Source of the DNA: Planctomycetota bacterium
GTDB lineage: Bacteria > Planctomycetota > JACQVV01
Length of the DNA stretch: 58,943 nucleotides
Reading direction: 5' to 3'
Assembly (NCBI GenBank): GCA_016209595.1
Contig: JACQVV010000046.1
Location: forward strand, 1-58,943
A program made the position numbers and the translations under genes. The notes under the pieces were generated by a model that was not told the DNA's origin, did no database searches, and worked only from the letters and a program-made list of their open reading frames with translations. Below, piece after piece: positions 37,867 through 47,343 of the stretch (the stretch's first letter is position 1; each line of letters begins with the position of its first letter).

Positions 37867-37908
37867 GTGCGAACTTGACTCACTTGTGAAGATCCCGGCC
37901 CCTCAAGG

Positions 37909-40900
37909 TTAGCTGCCGTCGCCATCCGCGTCGCCGTCGGCATCACCGTCTGCGTCGCCGTCGGCGTCGCCGTCGGCATCACCGACGGCGTCGTCGTCCC
38001 CGTCGCCATCGGCGTCCGCGTCGGCATCGCCATCGGCATCCCCGTCGGCGTCGCCGTCCCCGTCGCCATCGGCATCCCCGTCGGCGTCGCCATCACCGTC
38101 GCCATCCGCGTCCGCGTCGGCATCGCCATCGGCATCCCCGTCTGCGTCGCCGTCCCCGTCGCCATCCGCATCCCCGTCGGCGTCGCCGTCCGCGTCCCCG
38201 TCTGCGTCGCCATCCGCGTCCCCATCTGCGTCGCCATCCGCGTCCCCATCTGCGTCGCCATCCGCGTCCCCGTCGGCGTCGCCGTCCGCGTCCCCGTCGG
38301 CGTCGCCGTCCGCGTCCCCGTCGGCGTCGCCGTCCGCGTCCGCCTCTCCCCCTTGGCTCCCGCTTCCCGCGTCCGGATCGTCGGAGGCCCCGCCGCCCTC
38401 GAAGCCCTCCGAGGAGTCCCCATCGTCCGGGTCGTCTCCGGGGTCGTCACCGGAGTCCTGGTAGTCCTCGGGGTCGTCCTCCGGCGCAGGCGAACGCTCG
38501 CGGGGCTGTCGATCCGGAACCTTGTCCATCTCCTCTGTCGCGATCCGCGCCAGGAAGAGGAGCCTGTTCTTCGTTCCCGCGTCCTCGACCGCCCGTCTCG
38601 CCAGCCGGCGGGCCCCGAAGGGCTCCCGCAAGAAGAGGTAGAGGACGGCCGCCTCCTCGACATCCAGTCCAGCCGGCGGATCCGGGTCGCCCTTCGAGCC
38701 GAGGTCGCGACCCAGGGCGAGCGCGACCAGGTCGTCCGCGTGGATGTCGAGGATCCGGCCATCTTCCGCCTCGGAGTCGTTCCCCGTTCGGAAACTGAGC
38801 GCCGTCCGGGCGGGAGAGCTCGCGGCCCGAACCTCAGTGACCTTCCGCGCCTTGCGAGCGTCCTCGCCTTCCAGGCGAAACCAGAGCGTCCGGTTTGCGG
38901 CATCGGCTTCCGAGAGTCGCGCCGCGATCCGGCCGAGCGCCTCGGCATATCCCGTGACGAGCGCCCGCTCCCCTTCCACGGGGTAGGTCCTGTCCGCCAG
39001 GCGGATCTCCTCGGGCGGGATCGCCCAGGCCCGGGCTGCCCCTTCGAGGTCCCCTGCGAAGGCGCTCCGCCACATCTGCCGTCTCGCCTCGTCGAGCCGC
39101 GCGGCGATATCGTCGACTCGCTTCGCGAGTGCCGCGCCCTGCGGGTCGGCCGGTTCGATCCATGGGGCCGACGCCCTCGCCCTCTCCCGGGCGGCCTTGA
39201 CGTTCCCCTCGGCGAGCGACGCGAAGATCCGGTCGATCTCGCTGGGCCTGGCATCGGCGAGAAGCCGCTCGGCCGCCGCGCGGCTCGCCTCGAACTCCGC
39301 CGCCTTCACGGGAGACTCGCCGCCGAGTCCCTCGACGAGCTCCCGGATTCGCGCGTCCTGGAGTTTCTGCTTCGCCTCGGCGATTTTCGCCGGCTCCCCC
39401 GACGCCAGGAGCTCGTCTACCTGCGCCTTCGCCCGCGAGACGGTTCCGGTGAGTTCGGAAATCTCTTTCGCCACGAGCTCCCGGAGCGCCGCGACCCGGC
39501 TCTCGGCGTTCGCGACTCCGGCTTCCCGCTCGAGGGGCGCGAGCTGGGCGTCGAGGATCTTCGCCGCGCGGTCCCGCGCCGCGAGCAGCCCGGCGGGAGT
39601 CCCCTTCGCGATCTCGCTCTCGATCTCACCCGTCTCGTGCTCGAAGAGTTCGCGTGCCCTGGATGCCAGGTCCGTCTGGAGCGTGTCGATCCCTTGCGTC
39701 CAGGGGAGGTCGGGATACCACGCACGCGCTGCGACGATCGCCGCGAACGCCTGGGAGACGTTCCACGCGTCAACCGCCGCGGCGAGATCGGCCGAGAGCG
39801 AGTCAAGACGGCCCCGCAGGAGCTCCGTCGCGCGGATCGCGCTCTTCACCCAGGCGGCCGTGCCGGGAAACCTGTCGACGATTCGCCGGTAGTTCCCGAG
39901 GACCGCCGGGAGCTCCTTCGAGTCGCCTCCCCACTCCAGGCGAACCGTCTCGGCAGCGGTCCAGAGCGCCTCCGTGTCGACGGCGGTCACGGCCGGGCCG
40001 CCTCCCGCGAGGTCGATCGGTGTCTCGCCGCCCCTCGGTCCGGTGTCCGCGGCGCGCGTCTCCGGGCCGGGTCCGGAGGCCGGGGAGCCGGATGCCGCGG
40101 GCCTCCCCGCCGGCGAGTCCGCGCGGGTGTCGGTCGCGGGAGCCGCGCCCTCCTCCTCGCCTTGTTCGAGGAATCCTCCGGCCCAGGCGACCGTCCCCGC
40201 GAGCGCGAGGACTGCGGCCACGATCCATCCACGCCGGACGAGAGCCCTCGCGCGCCGGGAGACGGGCCCCCGGATCTTCCCGCCGGCCTTGAGCGTCGCG
40301 ATCTCCTCCAGGACCTCCTCCATCGTCTGCGGGCGGAGCTCGGGGTCCTTCGCCGTCATCCGATAGAGGAGCTTGACGGGCTCGCCCCGGGCCTCGGGAT
40401 TGAGCAGGGCCGGGTCGGAGATGTTCTCGTGCCGCTGCTTGTCGATCAGGGCGAGCGGCGACGTGGCGTCGAAGGGCTGCTTTCCCGCGAGCAGGAAGTA
40501 GAAGGTAAGACCAAGGGAGTAGATGTCGGTGCGGTAGTCCACCACGTCGCCGGAGGCCTGCTCGGGCGACATGTAGTGGGGGGTCCCCAGGACCTGTCCC
40601 GTGGCTGTGAGGTGGCTGTCGATCGCGGTGTCGCGTGCGAGTCCGAAGTCGGCAACGAGAACTTTTCCCTCCTTGTTGATGAGGAGGTTGTCGGGCTTGA
40701 CGTCGCGGTGGATGATCCCCACCCGGTGGATCGCCGCGAGCCCGTGCGCCGCCTGCTCGAGGAGATCGAGCGCCTCCTTCATGGAGAGGGGCTCGCTTCG
40801 GGACCGCACGTGGCGAGACAGGTTCGTCCCGTCCACGAACGGCATGACGCAGTAGTGACGCCCGCCATCCTCGCCGAAGCGCAGGATGGGGACCGTGTGG

Positions 40901-41349
40901 GGGTCGTCGATCCGGCTGGCGAGCTTCGCTTCCTCTTGCATCCGCGCGAGAAACGCCTTGTTCCGCGAGTGATCAGGGGTGAGGACCTTGACCGCGAAGG
41001 ACTTGTCCAGCGCGGAGTCGTGGGCCCTGTAGAGCACCCCCATCCCGCCGCCGCCGACCCTGGCGAGAATGCGGTAACCTGCGAAATCCTGGCCGACCAG
41101 CGGGTCGGGTTCCTCGTCCTGGGCCGCGTCGGGCGCGGGAGTCGGCACCGGCCGCGGACCGGCCTGTGTTCGGCCCGAAACGAGAAGGGTGGCCGGCGTG
41201 ACGAGCGACGCGGTGGGAGTCTCCGAGCCGATCGCAGGCGCGGTGGGCTTCTCGGGCTTTCCTCCCAGCTCGCCCGTGTCGAGGAGGGTGTTCGCGCTGT
41301 CCGCGTCGGAGACGAGCGTCTTCTCTTCGTGAGGCAGGGACTCCACCAA
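37909..41349 (-). CDS. Hanks-type Ser/Thr kinase, one TM helix, long helical extracytoplasmic region, polyacidic (DADG)n C-terminal tail
   Basis: ORF 37909..41349 (TTG start). Contains GGGGMGVLY, AVK, HRDVKPDN, DFG, SPE and TM IVAAVLALAGTVAWAGGF. The last 140 aa or so are DADG repeats. Confidence 0.8.
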   Translation of the reverse strand: MVESLPHEEKTLVSDADSANTLLDTGELGGKPEKPTAPAIGSETPTASLVTPATLLVSGRTQAGPRPVPTPAPDAAQDEEPDPLVGQDFAGYRILARVGGGGMGVLYRAHDSALDKSFAVKVLTPDHSRNKAFLARMQEEAKLASRIDDPHTVPILRFGEDGGRHYCVMPFVDGTNLSRHVRSRSEPLSMKEALDLLEQAAHGLAAIHRVGIIHRDVKPDNLLINKEGKVLVADFGLARDTAIDSHLTATGQVLGTPHYMSPEQASGDVVDYRTDIYSLGLTFYFLLAGKQPFDATSPLALIDKQRHENISDPALLNPEARGEPVKLLYRMTAKDPELRPQTMEEVLEEIATLKAGGKIRGPVSRRARALVRRGWIVAAVLALAGTVAWAGGFLEQGEEEGAAPATDTRADSPAGRPAASGSPASGPGPETRAADTGPRGGETPIDLAGGGPAVTAVDTEALWTAAETVRLEWGGDSKELPAVLGNYRRIVDRFPGTAAWVKSAIRATELLRGRLDSLSADLAAAVDAWNVSQAFAAIVAARAWYPDLPWTQGIDTLQTDLASRARELFEHETGEIESEIAKGTPAGLLAARDRAAKILDAQLAPLEREAGVANAESRVAALRELVAKEISELTGTVSRAKAQVDELLASGEPAKIAEAKQKLQDARIRELVEGLGGESPVKAAEFEASRAAAERLLADARPSEIDRIFASLAEGNVKAARERARASAPWIEPADPQGAALAKRVDDIAARLDEARRQMWRSAFAGDLEGAARAWAIPPEEIRLADRTYPVEGERALVTGYAEALGRIAARLSEADAANRTLWFRLEGEDARKARKVTEVRAASSPARTALSFRTGNDSEAEDGRILDIHADDLVALALGRDLGSKGDPDPPAGLDVEEAAVLYLFLREPFGARRLARRAVEDAGTKNRLLFLARIATEEMDKVPDRQPRERSPAPEDDPEDYQDSGDDPGDDPDDGDSSEGFEGGGASDDPDAGSGSQGGEADADGDADGDADGDADGDADGDADGDADGDADGDADGDADGDADGDADGDADGDADGDADGDGDGDADGDADGDADADADGDGDGDADGDADGDGDGDADGDADGDADADADGDGDDDAVGDADGDADGDADGDADGDADGDGS
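37915..38342. repeat. 12-bp tandem repeat (gccgtcggcgtc and variants), about 35 units, coding for (DADG)n
   Basis: Directly visible periodicity in lines 37921-38340. It lies in frame at the 3' end of the kinase gene. Confidence 0.9.
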
Positions 41350-41503
41350 GGCAGAATTCCCTCGCGGACAAGGGATCGACCGCTGTCCGTTCCCGGACGG
41401 CGTCCGGATCTTACATCACGCCGAGGCGAAGGAACCAGGACGGAACCCGCGAGATCCCGCCATGTGCCGGTTATACTGCCGCCGTCCGCCTGGAGGAACC
41501 GCC

Positions 41504-42622
41504 ATGCGTGGAGCGCCGTTCGTTGCCGCCCTCCTCCTCATCGGCCTCGGGGCCGGGGCCGTCCTGGCCCAGGGCGAGGCTACGGTCCAGTGGATCGAGA
41601 TGGACCGCCCCGTCTACGAGAAGGAGCTCAAGAAACTCGGCTACCGGGTCTCCCTCACGGCCGACGAGGCGCAGAGGTTCGTCGCGGCGGCCCGGGTCCG
41701 CCACGAGGGGACGCTCGCGGTCGGCGGTGGATTCCTCCAGGTGAACCACATGGAGGACAAGAAGTACGTACAAGACTACAACTCGGAGATTTCGGGCGCG
41801 GGCCTGAAGTGCACGCCCGTGGAGAACGCGATCCAGCAGGGCGTCTCGGGGTCGTTCGAGCTCTCGCTCGCCGGCGACCGGATCCGCGCGCGGCTCCTCA
41901 CGAGCCACACGTTCCTCTTCGAGCCGATGGAGCGCGTCGAATACGTCCGCGGGAAGAACGTCGACCTCCCGCGGGTCGGCACCGCGCGGATCGACGCGAC
42001 CGTACCTCTCTCCGCCGCGCGGCCCGCCGGTCTTTTGGGCGGCGCGATCGGCGTCAAGTACGCGGCGCTCGCGGTCGTCCTGGGCTCCGGCTTCGCGGAG
42101 AACGCGGGGACGGACGCGGTCGGCGTCGTCTTCCAGTGGTACGCCGCGAGCGGTGTCGCCGAAGGCCCGCCGCGAGTCCTGGAGGAGAAGGAGGCGAGCG
42201 AGGTCGAGGCGAAATCGACCTTGATGGGCACGGCGATGCTTGGCGCGACCCTCGGGCGCCAGGAGAGCCTTGCGCTCTCCGAGCAGTTTAGCCGCGTCGC
42301 CGACTACTCGACGCAGCACGCTGGGGGACGCGCGATCTCGACCCCGGTCGTCGACCTGCCCCGGACGGTGGGGCTCGACCTCAAGGTCACCGTGGTGCGG
42401 GAGGGGGAGGGCTTCTCCGTGACGACCGCGGGCACTCTCGAAGTCGTCGCCGGCACGACCCCCCGGCAGGTCGACCGGTTCACGATCCAGGACCCGCGCT
42501 TCGCAACACTCCCCCTCGCCGGCTCCGGGTCCCTCGCGTCCGGCAAGGCGATCCTCTTCACCGCCCCCGATGTCGACCGCGGGAAGCGCCTGATCGCGCT
42601 TGTGCGGCTCGCGCCGGAATAA
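41504..42622 (+). CDS. Secreted hypothetical protein
   Basis: MRGAPFVAALLLIGLGAGAVLAQG signal peptide inside ORF 41462..42622. No motif recognised. Confidence 0.5.
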   Translation: MRGAPFVAALLLIGLGAGAVLAQGEATVQWIEMDRPVYEKELKKLGYRVSLTADEAQRFVAAARVRHEGTLAVGGGFLQVNHMEDKKYVQDYNSEISGAGLKCTPVENAIQQGVSGSFELSLAGDRIRARLLTSHTFLFEPMERVEYVRGKNVDLPRVGTARIDATVPLSAARPAGLLGGAIGVKYAALAVVLGSGFAENAGTDAVGVVFQWYAASGVAEGPPRVLEEKEASEVEAKSTLMGTAMLGATLGRQESLALSEQFSRVADYSTQHAGGRAISTPVVDLPRTVGLDLKVTVVREGEGFSVTTAGTLEVVAGTTPRQVDRFTIQDPRFATLPLAGSGSLASGKAILFTAPDVDRGKRLIALVRLAPE

Positions 42623-42644
42623 CGCGACTCCGGAGCTCGACCTT

Positions 42645-43349
42645 CTAGTCCTCCGGGTTGGGAGGCGCGGGCGCGGCCCCTCCGGTCGGGCCGGGGTCCC
42701 AGTTGTCCCGCTTGAGGAGCCCGTGTTCGATCGCGAAGCGCACGAGCTCCGCCCGAGTCTTGAGCGCGAGCTTCGTCACGAGGTTCGCTCGATGTGTCTC
42801 GACGGTCCTCTGACAGATTCCGAGAGCGTCGGCGATCTCCGCGTTGGTGTGTCCGTAGGCAAGAAAGCGGCAAACATCGAGTTCCCTTGGCGAGAGGAGG
42901 CCCAAGGCGGTGCTCTTCGCCCCCTGACGGCCAAGGTACGCCGCGACGAGCACGTTGGCGAGGGACGAATCGACGTACTGCTCCCCGCGATGGGCGGCGC
43001 GGATCGCCTGGATCACGTCGGTACTCGCGGATTTCTTGACGACGAAGCCGCGCACCCCGATCCGGAGGCACGTCCTGAGATACTCCTCGTCCTCGTGCAT
43101 GGTGAGCACCACGATCGCGAGATCGGGCCGCTTCTTCCGCAGTGCCTCCGCGACCGCGATGCCAGAGAGCCCCGGCATGCTGAGGTCGAGAAGGAGGACG
43201 TCGACTTCCGGCCTCTCCGCGGCCCGAATCGTCTCGTTTCCTTCCGCCGCCTCGCCGATAACCTCCATGTCCGGCTCCCTCGCGAGGAGCGCCATGAGAC
43301 CCTGGCGGAAGACCGCGTGGTCGTCGGCAACTAGGACGCGGATGGGCAT
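42645..43349 (-). CDS. NarL/FixJ-family response regulator (REC + LuxR-type HTH)
   Basis: ORF 42645..43349. Contains VLVADDH, VLLLDLSMPG and LSPRELDVCRFLAYGHTNAEIADALGICQRTVETH. Confidence 0.9.
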   Translation of the reverse strand: MPIRVLVADDHAVFRQGLMALLAREPDMEVIGEAAEGNETIRAAERPEVDVLLLDLSMPGLSGIAVAEALRKKRPDLAIVVLTMHEDEEYLRTCLRIGVRGFVVKKSASTDVIQAIRAAHRGEQYVDSSLANVLVAAYLGRQGAKSTALGLLSPRELDVCRFLAYGHTNAEIADALGICQRTVETHRANLVTKLALKTRAELVRFAIEHGLLKRDNWDPGPTGGAAPAPPNPED

Positions 43350-44788
43350 GGCTCCGTTCCGGCGAGGGGTATCGAGACGCGAACGGTCGTTCCCTGTCCC
43401 GGGGTGGATTCGATGCTGAACCGCCCGCCGAGGAGTCCCATCCTCTCCCTGGTCCCGGTGAGGCCCAGGGCTCGCGACGGATCCCGCAGTACCGCGTCCA
43501 CGTCGAACCCGCGGCCGTTGTCCTCGACGATGAGCACGATCTCTCCGGTCCGGTGGAGGACCACGATGCTCGCGCGGTCGGCGCCCGAGTGCCGCACGAC
43601 GTTCGTGATCGCCTCCTGCGCCACCCGGTAGAGCGTCACTTCCACCCTTCCAGGCGCGCGCCCCATGCCGATCTGGCGGCAGTACTCGTAGTGGATGTCG
43701 ACTCCCGCCTTCCTCGACATGTCCTTCGCGTACCGTGAAAGTGCAGAGTCGAGTCCGTGGTCGTCAAGGACCGGCGGGCGCATGTCCCATGCGAGCCTTC
43801 GGACATTCTCGATGAGCTGGACGATCGCGCGCTCGGTCTCAACGCGCCTCTTTCCTTCCGGAGCGGCAGCGCCGCCGTTCGACTGGACGTCGAGGAGGAG
43901 CGCCGACAGGGACTGGCCGATCTGGTCGTGCAGCTCCCTCGATATCGCTCGCCGTTCCTCCTCCTGCAAGTCGACGATCCTCTCGATGATCGCGAGCCTG
44001 GCCCGCTCCTTCTCCTCGACCTGGGCTCGGTAGCCCAGAAGGCTCTCGCCCATCCGGTTGAACGCGAGGGAGAGGCGGCCGATCTCGTCGGACGAGTGGA
44101 TTCTCGCTCTCGCGTCGAAGTCGCCCATCTCGACTCGACGACTCGCCTCGACGAGCTGGCGGATCGGTCCGGTGAGAAGCCACGCGAGCATCAAGGCGAG
44201 GAGAGTCCCGACGCTTGCGCACAAGATCAGTCCCCAGGCCAAGAGCTCCGAGAGCGACGCCGTCTCTTGTCTCAGGTCAAGGTCCGAGATCCCCAGGTCG
44301 AGAGTTCCGGCCCTCCCTCCCAGAATCGGCGCGGAACAGGCGAAGACCGCTCCCTCGGGCGAATCGAACACGACCACCTCCGCCTTTTCCGCGGACGGCA
44401 TCACGAGCGGCCGCGAGAGATCCTCGGGAACGTTTCTCTCGAATGTGTGGGCGAGAACGTCTCCTTCCGTGTCGCGCACGATGACGTAGCGGATCGCGGG
44501 CGTGGTTCGAACGGCGTCATCGATGCGCTGCTTGATCGTGAGGATTTCGCCCGTGAGGAGCGGCCGGGCGCAACTGGTCGCCAGGCTGGTCGCGATCGAG
44601 CGGCTCTCGTCGTGGAGCATGCTATAGTGCACGCGCATCATGGCGGAGCGCACGAGAAGAAATGTCACGCAGCCGAAGAGGAGCACCACGATGGCGCCGA
44701 TGCTCATGATCTTCCAGAAAACGGGCACGGACCGGAGGATCCAGGAGCCCTTCGATGCTGCCGCTCGCCATCTCATGCGGGTTCTCAT
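43331..44788 (-). CDS. Sensor histidine kinase (TM, periplasmic sensor domain, TM, HAMP, HisKA_3, HATPase)
   Basis: ATG at 44788 overlaps the upstream stop (ATGA). Contains HAMP LTGPIRQLVEASRRVEMGDF, H-box ISRELHDQIGQSL and VEDNGRGF. Confidence 0.85.
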   Translation of the reverse strand: MRTRMRWRAAASKGSWILRSVPVFWKIMSIGAIVVLLFGCVTFLLVRSAMMRVHYSMLHDESRSIATSLATSCARPLLTGEILTIKQRIDDAVRTTPAIRYVIVRDTEGDVLAHTFERNVPEDLSRPLVMPSAEKAEVVVFDSPEGAVFACSAPILGGRAGTLDLGISDLDLRQETASLSELLAWGLILCASVGTLLALMLAWLLTGPIRQLVEASRRVEMGDFDARARIHSSDEIGRLSLAFNRMGESLLGYRAQVEEKERARLAIIERIVDLQEEERRAISRELHDQIGQSLSALLLDVQSNGGAAAPEGKRRVETERAIVQLIENVRRLAWDMRPPVLDDHGLDSALSRYAKDMSRKAGVDIHYEYCRQIGMGRAPGRVEVTLYRVAQEAITNVVRHSGADRASIVVLHRTGEIVLIVEDNGRGFDVDAVLRDPSRALGLTGTRERMGLLGGRFSIESTPGQGTTVRVSIPLAGTEPCPSAS

Positions 44789-45783
44789 TCTCCCGAATCG
44801 AGACTCGCGACGAGCGCCTGCACGCTGTCGTAAAGCCCCGCCGGCGGGATGACGAACCTGTCGATACGAGCCTGAAGCAGGGCGCGGCGACCCTCCTCGT
44901 CCTCGTGCATGTCGAGGAGAGCGGCTTGCATCCGGATCCTCAATTCCGGATCGATGGCGGGATGCACCACGAAAGGAGGCGCCCCGAAAGGCGAAGAGCG
45001 CTCGATGACGCGTATCGCCGACGCGATCCCCGGTTCCCGTTCCACCATGTAATCGTAGACCTGGCTGTCGACCGCCGCCCCATCGACGCATTGGGAGAGG
45101 ACGGCGAGGATCGAGCGGTCGTGGCTCCCGGTGATGACGTGGCGGGAGAAGAAGGTGCCGGGGTCCGCCCCATCCCCGCGGATGGCGACCATGGGATAGA
45201 GCCACCCCGAGGCGGACAGGAGATCGGAAGAGGCGAATCGGGTGTCCCGCAGATCGAACAGGGAGGTCGCCGGAGAGCTTGCCTGCGTCACGATGAGCGA
45301 GTGGAACACGATCGACCCTCGCACCACGGGAACGGCGAGGATCTCCATCCCGAATTGCTGCTGTCCCCTGACGAGCGCGAAATCGCAGATGACCGCGAGG
45401 TCGCACTGGCGGTATCGGACGAGGTTATTGACATCCCCGTAGCTCTTGCCGTAGCACACGTGGAGTCGCCTGTCCGTGCGCTCGCCAAGGCGGCGAAAGA
45501 CCCCCTCGTAGAGGGCGCTCGACAGCTCGGGGGAGATCACGGGAGCCACCGCGATGCGCAGCGATTCCTGGCGGGTCGTCGCTTCCGGCAGATCCTCCTT
45601 GGCGATGGCGGATCTTTCCCGAAGATCCAGCCAGGCCGCCGGGCGAGGTCGCGGGTCGCTCGGGAGCCCCATCGCGATCCGGTAGGCCGAGTAGGCTCCC
45701 AGGCACAGCGCGACGATACTCACCAGGATCGGCCCCGAGAATCGGCGGACCTGCCCGAGGCCGCAAAGCACCCGTAGGCCCAC
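44785..45783 (-). CDS. Membrane-anchored PhnD/phosphonate-bd-like periplasmic substrate-binding protein (start uncertain)
   Basis: C-terminal two thirds of ORF 44785..46269. GTG candidates at 45783 and 45771 precede TM ILVSIVALCLGAYSAY. The upstream part of the ORF has low GC3 and looks non-coding. Confidence 0.6.
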   Translation of the reverse strand: MGLRVLCGLGQVRRFSGPILVSIVALCLGAYSAYRIAMGLPSDPRPRPAAWLDLRERSAIAKEDLPEATTRQESLRIAVAPVISPELSSALYEGVFRRLGERTDRRLHVCYGKSYGDVNNLVRYRQCDLAVICDFALVRGQQQFGMEILAVPVVRGSIVFHSLIVTQASSPATSLFDLRDTRFASSDLLSASGWLYPMVAIRGDGADPGTFFSRHVITGSHDRSILAVLSQCVDGAAVDSQVYDYMVEREPGIASAIRVIERSSPFGAPPFVVHPAIDPELRIRMQAALLDMHEDEEGRRALLQARIDRFVIPPAGLYDSVQALVASLDSGE

Positions 45784-46277
45784 GGCTTCGAGGCGCGAAC
45801 TCACGCGTGCGTCTCGCGACGGGTCAAGACGCCACCCCGCGGTCGCACGAGCCCGCAGGGCCCAGGTGGCCGGGCAATGAAGCTCGATTACAAAGCACGC
45901 TGCATGTCCTCCGAAGACCGCGCACCTCGATCGAACTGCAAACTCTGGGCCGCCTCTAGACCCAACCTGTATTCCGAGGGGATTCCCGAGGGGTGCGCTG
46001 GCCGCGCCGCAGTCTATCCCGTTGGGTGCATTCTGGTAGCGCGGCGCGACGAGAGGCGCGTACCGCGGACAACCTTGCCTCCCCACGAGCGCGAGCTGAG
46101 CGAGAGTTCCCCCACACGTAGGGGACAAACACACGTGCCGCCGGACGTTCAAATCAGGTGCTGGGGCAAGCGGTTCACATCTCCCGGTGAGGCGGCAGTC
46201 GACCCCCCAGTAAACATGCGCAAGTGATACGTAGTATTCCGAGCCACATCTCCCGCATATCTGGCACAACTACCTGT

Positions 46278-46293
46278 TGGCACGCGGTTTGTG
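46278..46293 (+). promoter_or_regulatory. Sigma-54-like -24/-12 element (TGGCACG-N4-TTGT)
   Basis: ttggcacgcggtttgtg lies about 70 nt upstream of the cytochrome GTG. A second TGGCAC lies 16 nt further upstream, at 46262. Confidence 0.3.
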
Positions 46294-46361
46294 GGTGCGC
46301 CACCGAGTCACTAACGACGACGGCATCACGACAAGCCCGTCCCAGCTATGGGAGACACGCC

Positions 46362-47318
46362 GTGAGGTGGTCCAGACACTTGGCCGCGGGAGCGAGCATC
46401 ACGATGTTCGCGGCTATCCTCGCTGGATGCTCTGAGCCGGGGGCGAGCTCCTCTGGCTCCAAGGAACTCGTCCAGCTTCCCAGCGCGACCTACATCGGCG
46501 CCAAGAAGTGCGCCATGTGTCATGACGAGCAGGTAGCGAAGCTCGAGGGAAGCCGCCACTGGGTCGAGGGGATCCCCGGGTCGCCGCAGGCTACAAACGG
46601 CTGCGAGTCCTGCCACGGACCGGGCAGCCTGCACGTCGAAAGCCAGATGGAGGAGGGGGGCGGCTCGAAGCCGACCCTCATCGTCTTCGGCAAGGACTCT
46701 CCCTTCCCGGCCCGCCAGCAGAACGAGGCCTGCCTCGGGTGCCACCAGGAACGGCACCGCGACTGGGTGCAGAGCCCGCACGCGGCCGCCAACCTCGCCT
46801 GCGCCGACTGCCACGAGGGGCACTCGGGAAAGATGGCTCCCGAGAACGAGAGGGGCAAGTACGCGAAAGTCTGCCTGAAGTGCCACGAGGCCGTCGGGTC
46901 CCAGTTCCGGCTCGCGCATCACCACCCCGTCCCCGAGGGGCGCGTGGACTGCACCGGCTGCCACGACCCGCACGGCCGCTCGATCCGCGAGTACTCGGCG
47001 AACGAGGTCAACGAGACCTGCTACAAGTGCCACACGCAGATCCGGGGCCCCTGGGTCTTCGAACACGCCGCGGTCCGCGAGGGATGCACGACCTGCCACA
47101 CGCCTCACGGTTCCTCCTCGACCCGGATGCTGAAGGAGCGCGACTTCAACCTGTGCCTCCGCTGCCATTATCAAGCGGAGTACTACCAGTCGAACGGCCA
47201 CTATTCTCACCGCCGCGCGACGAACGTGCCGGTGATCGGGGAGAAGTACGCCCTCTGCTACGCGTGCCACCGCGCTGTCCACGGCTCGAACTTCAGCAAG
47301 GAACTCCGGTCCGAGTGA
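46362..47318 (+). CDS. Decaheme c-type cytochrome, MtrA/DmsE/PioA-like, with a lipoprotein signal
   Basis: GTG at 46362 (GGGAGA upstream) inside ORF 46224..47318. Ten CxxCH: CAMCH, CESCH, CLGCH, CADCH, CLKCH, CTGCH, CYKCH, CTTCH, CLRCH, CYACH. Lipobox ILAGC. Confidence 0.85.
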   Translation: MRWSRHLAAGASITMFAAILAGCSEPGASSSGSKELVQLPSATYIGAKKCAMCHDEQVAKLEGSRHWVEGIPGSPQATNGCESCHGPGSLHVESQMEEGGGSKPTLIVFGKDSPFPARQQNEACLGCHQERHRDWVQSPHAAANLACADCHEGHSGKMAPENERGKYAKVCLKCHEAVGSQFRLAHHHPVPEGRVDCTGCHDPHGRSIREYSANEVNETCYKCHTQIRGPWVFEHAAVREGCTTCHTPHGSSSTRMLKERDFNLCLRCHYQAEYYQSNGHYSHRRATNVPVIGEKYALCYACHRAVHGSNFSKELRSE

Positions 47319-47343
47319 ACGGGCCGTTCATGGAGACGCCATC

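Noticed and set aside
37915-38342. Possible CRISPR-like or non-coding satellite array
   Set aside because: The period is only 12 bp with no spacers. It lies in frame within the kinase gene and translates to (DADG)n. The alternative-frame ORF 37782..39254 (TATPTGTR repeats) is just the same array read out of frame.
45784-46269. Cys-rich N-terminal extension of the PhnD-like ORF (MCQICGRCG...) and plus-strand ORF 45877..46227
   Set aside because: Third-codon-position GC drops to roughly 60 %, against more than 85-90 % in real genes here. No domain is recognisable. I treat this as non-coding spacer.
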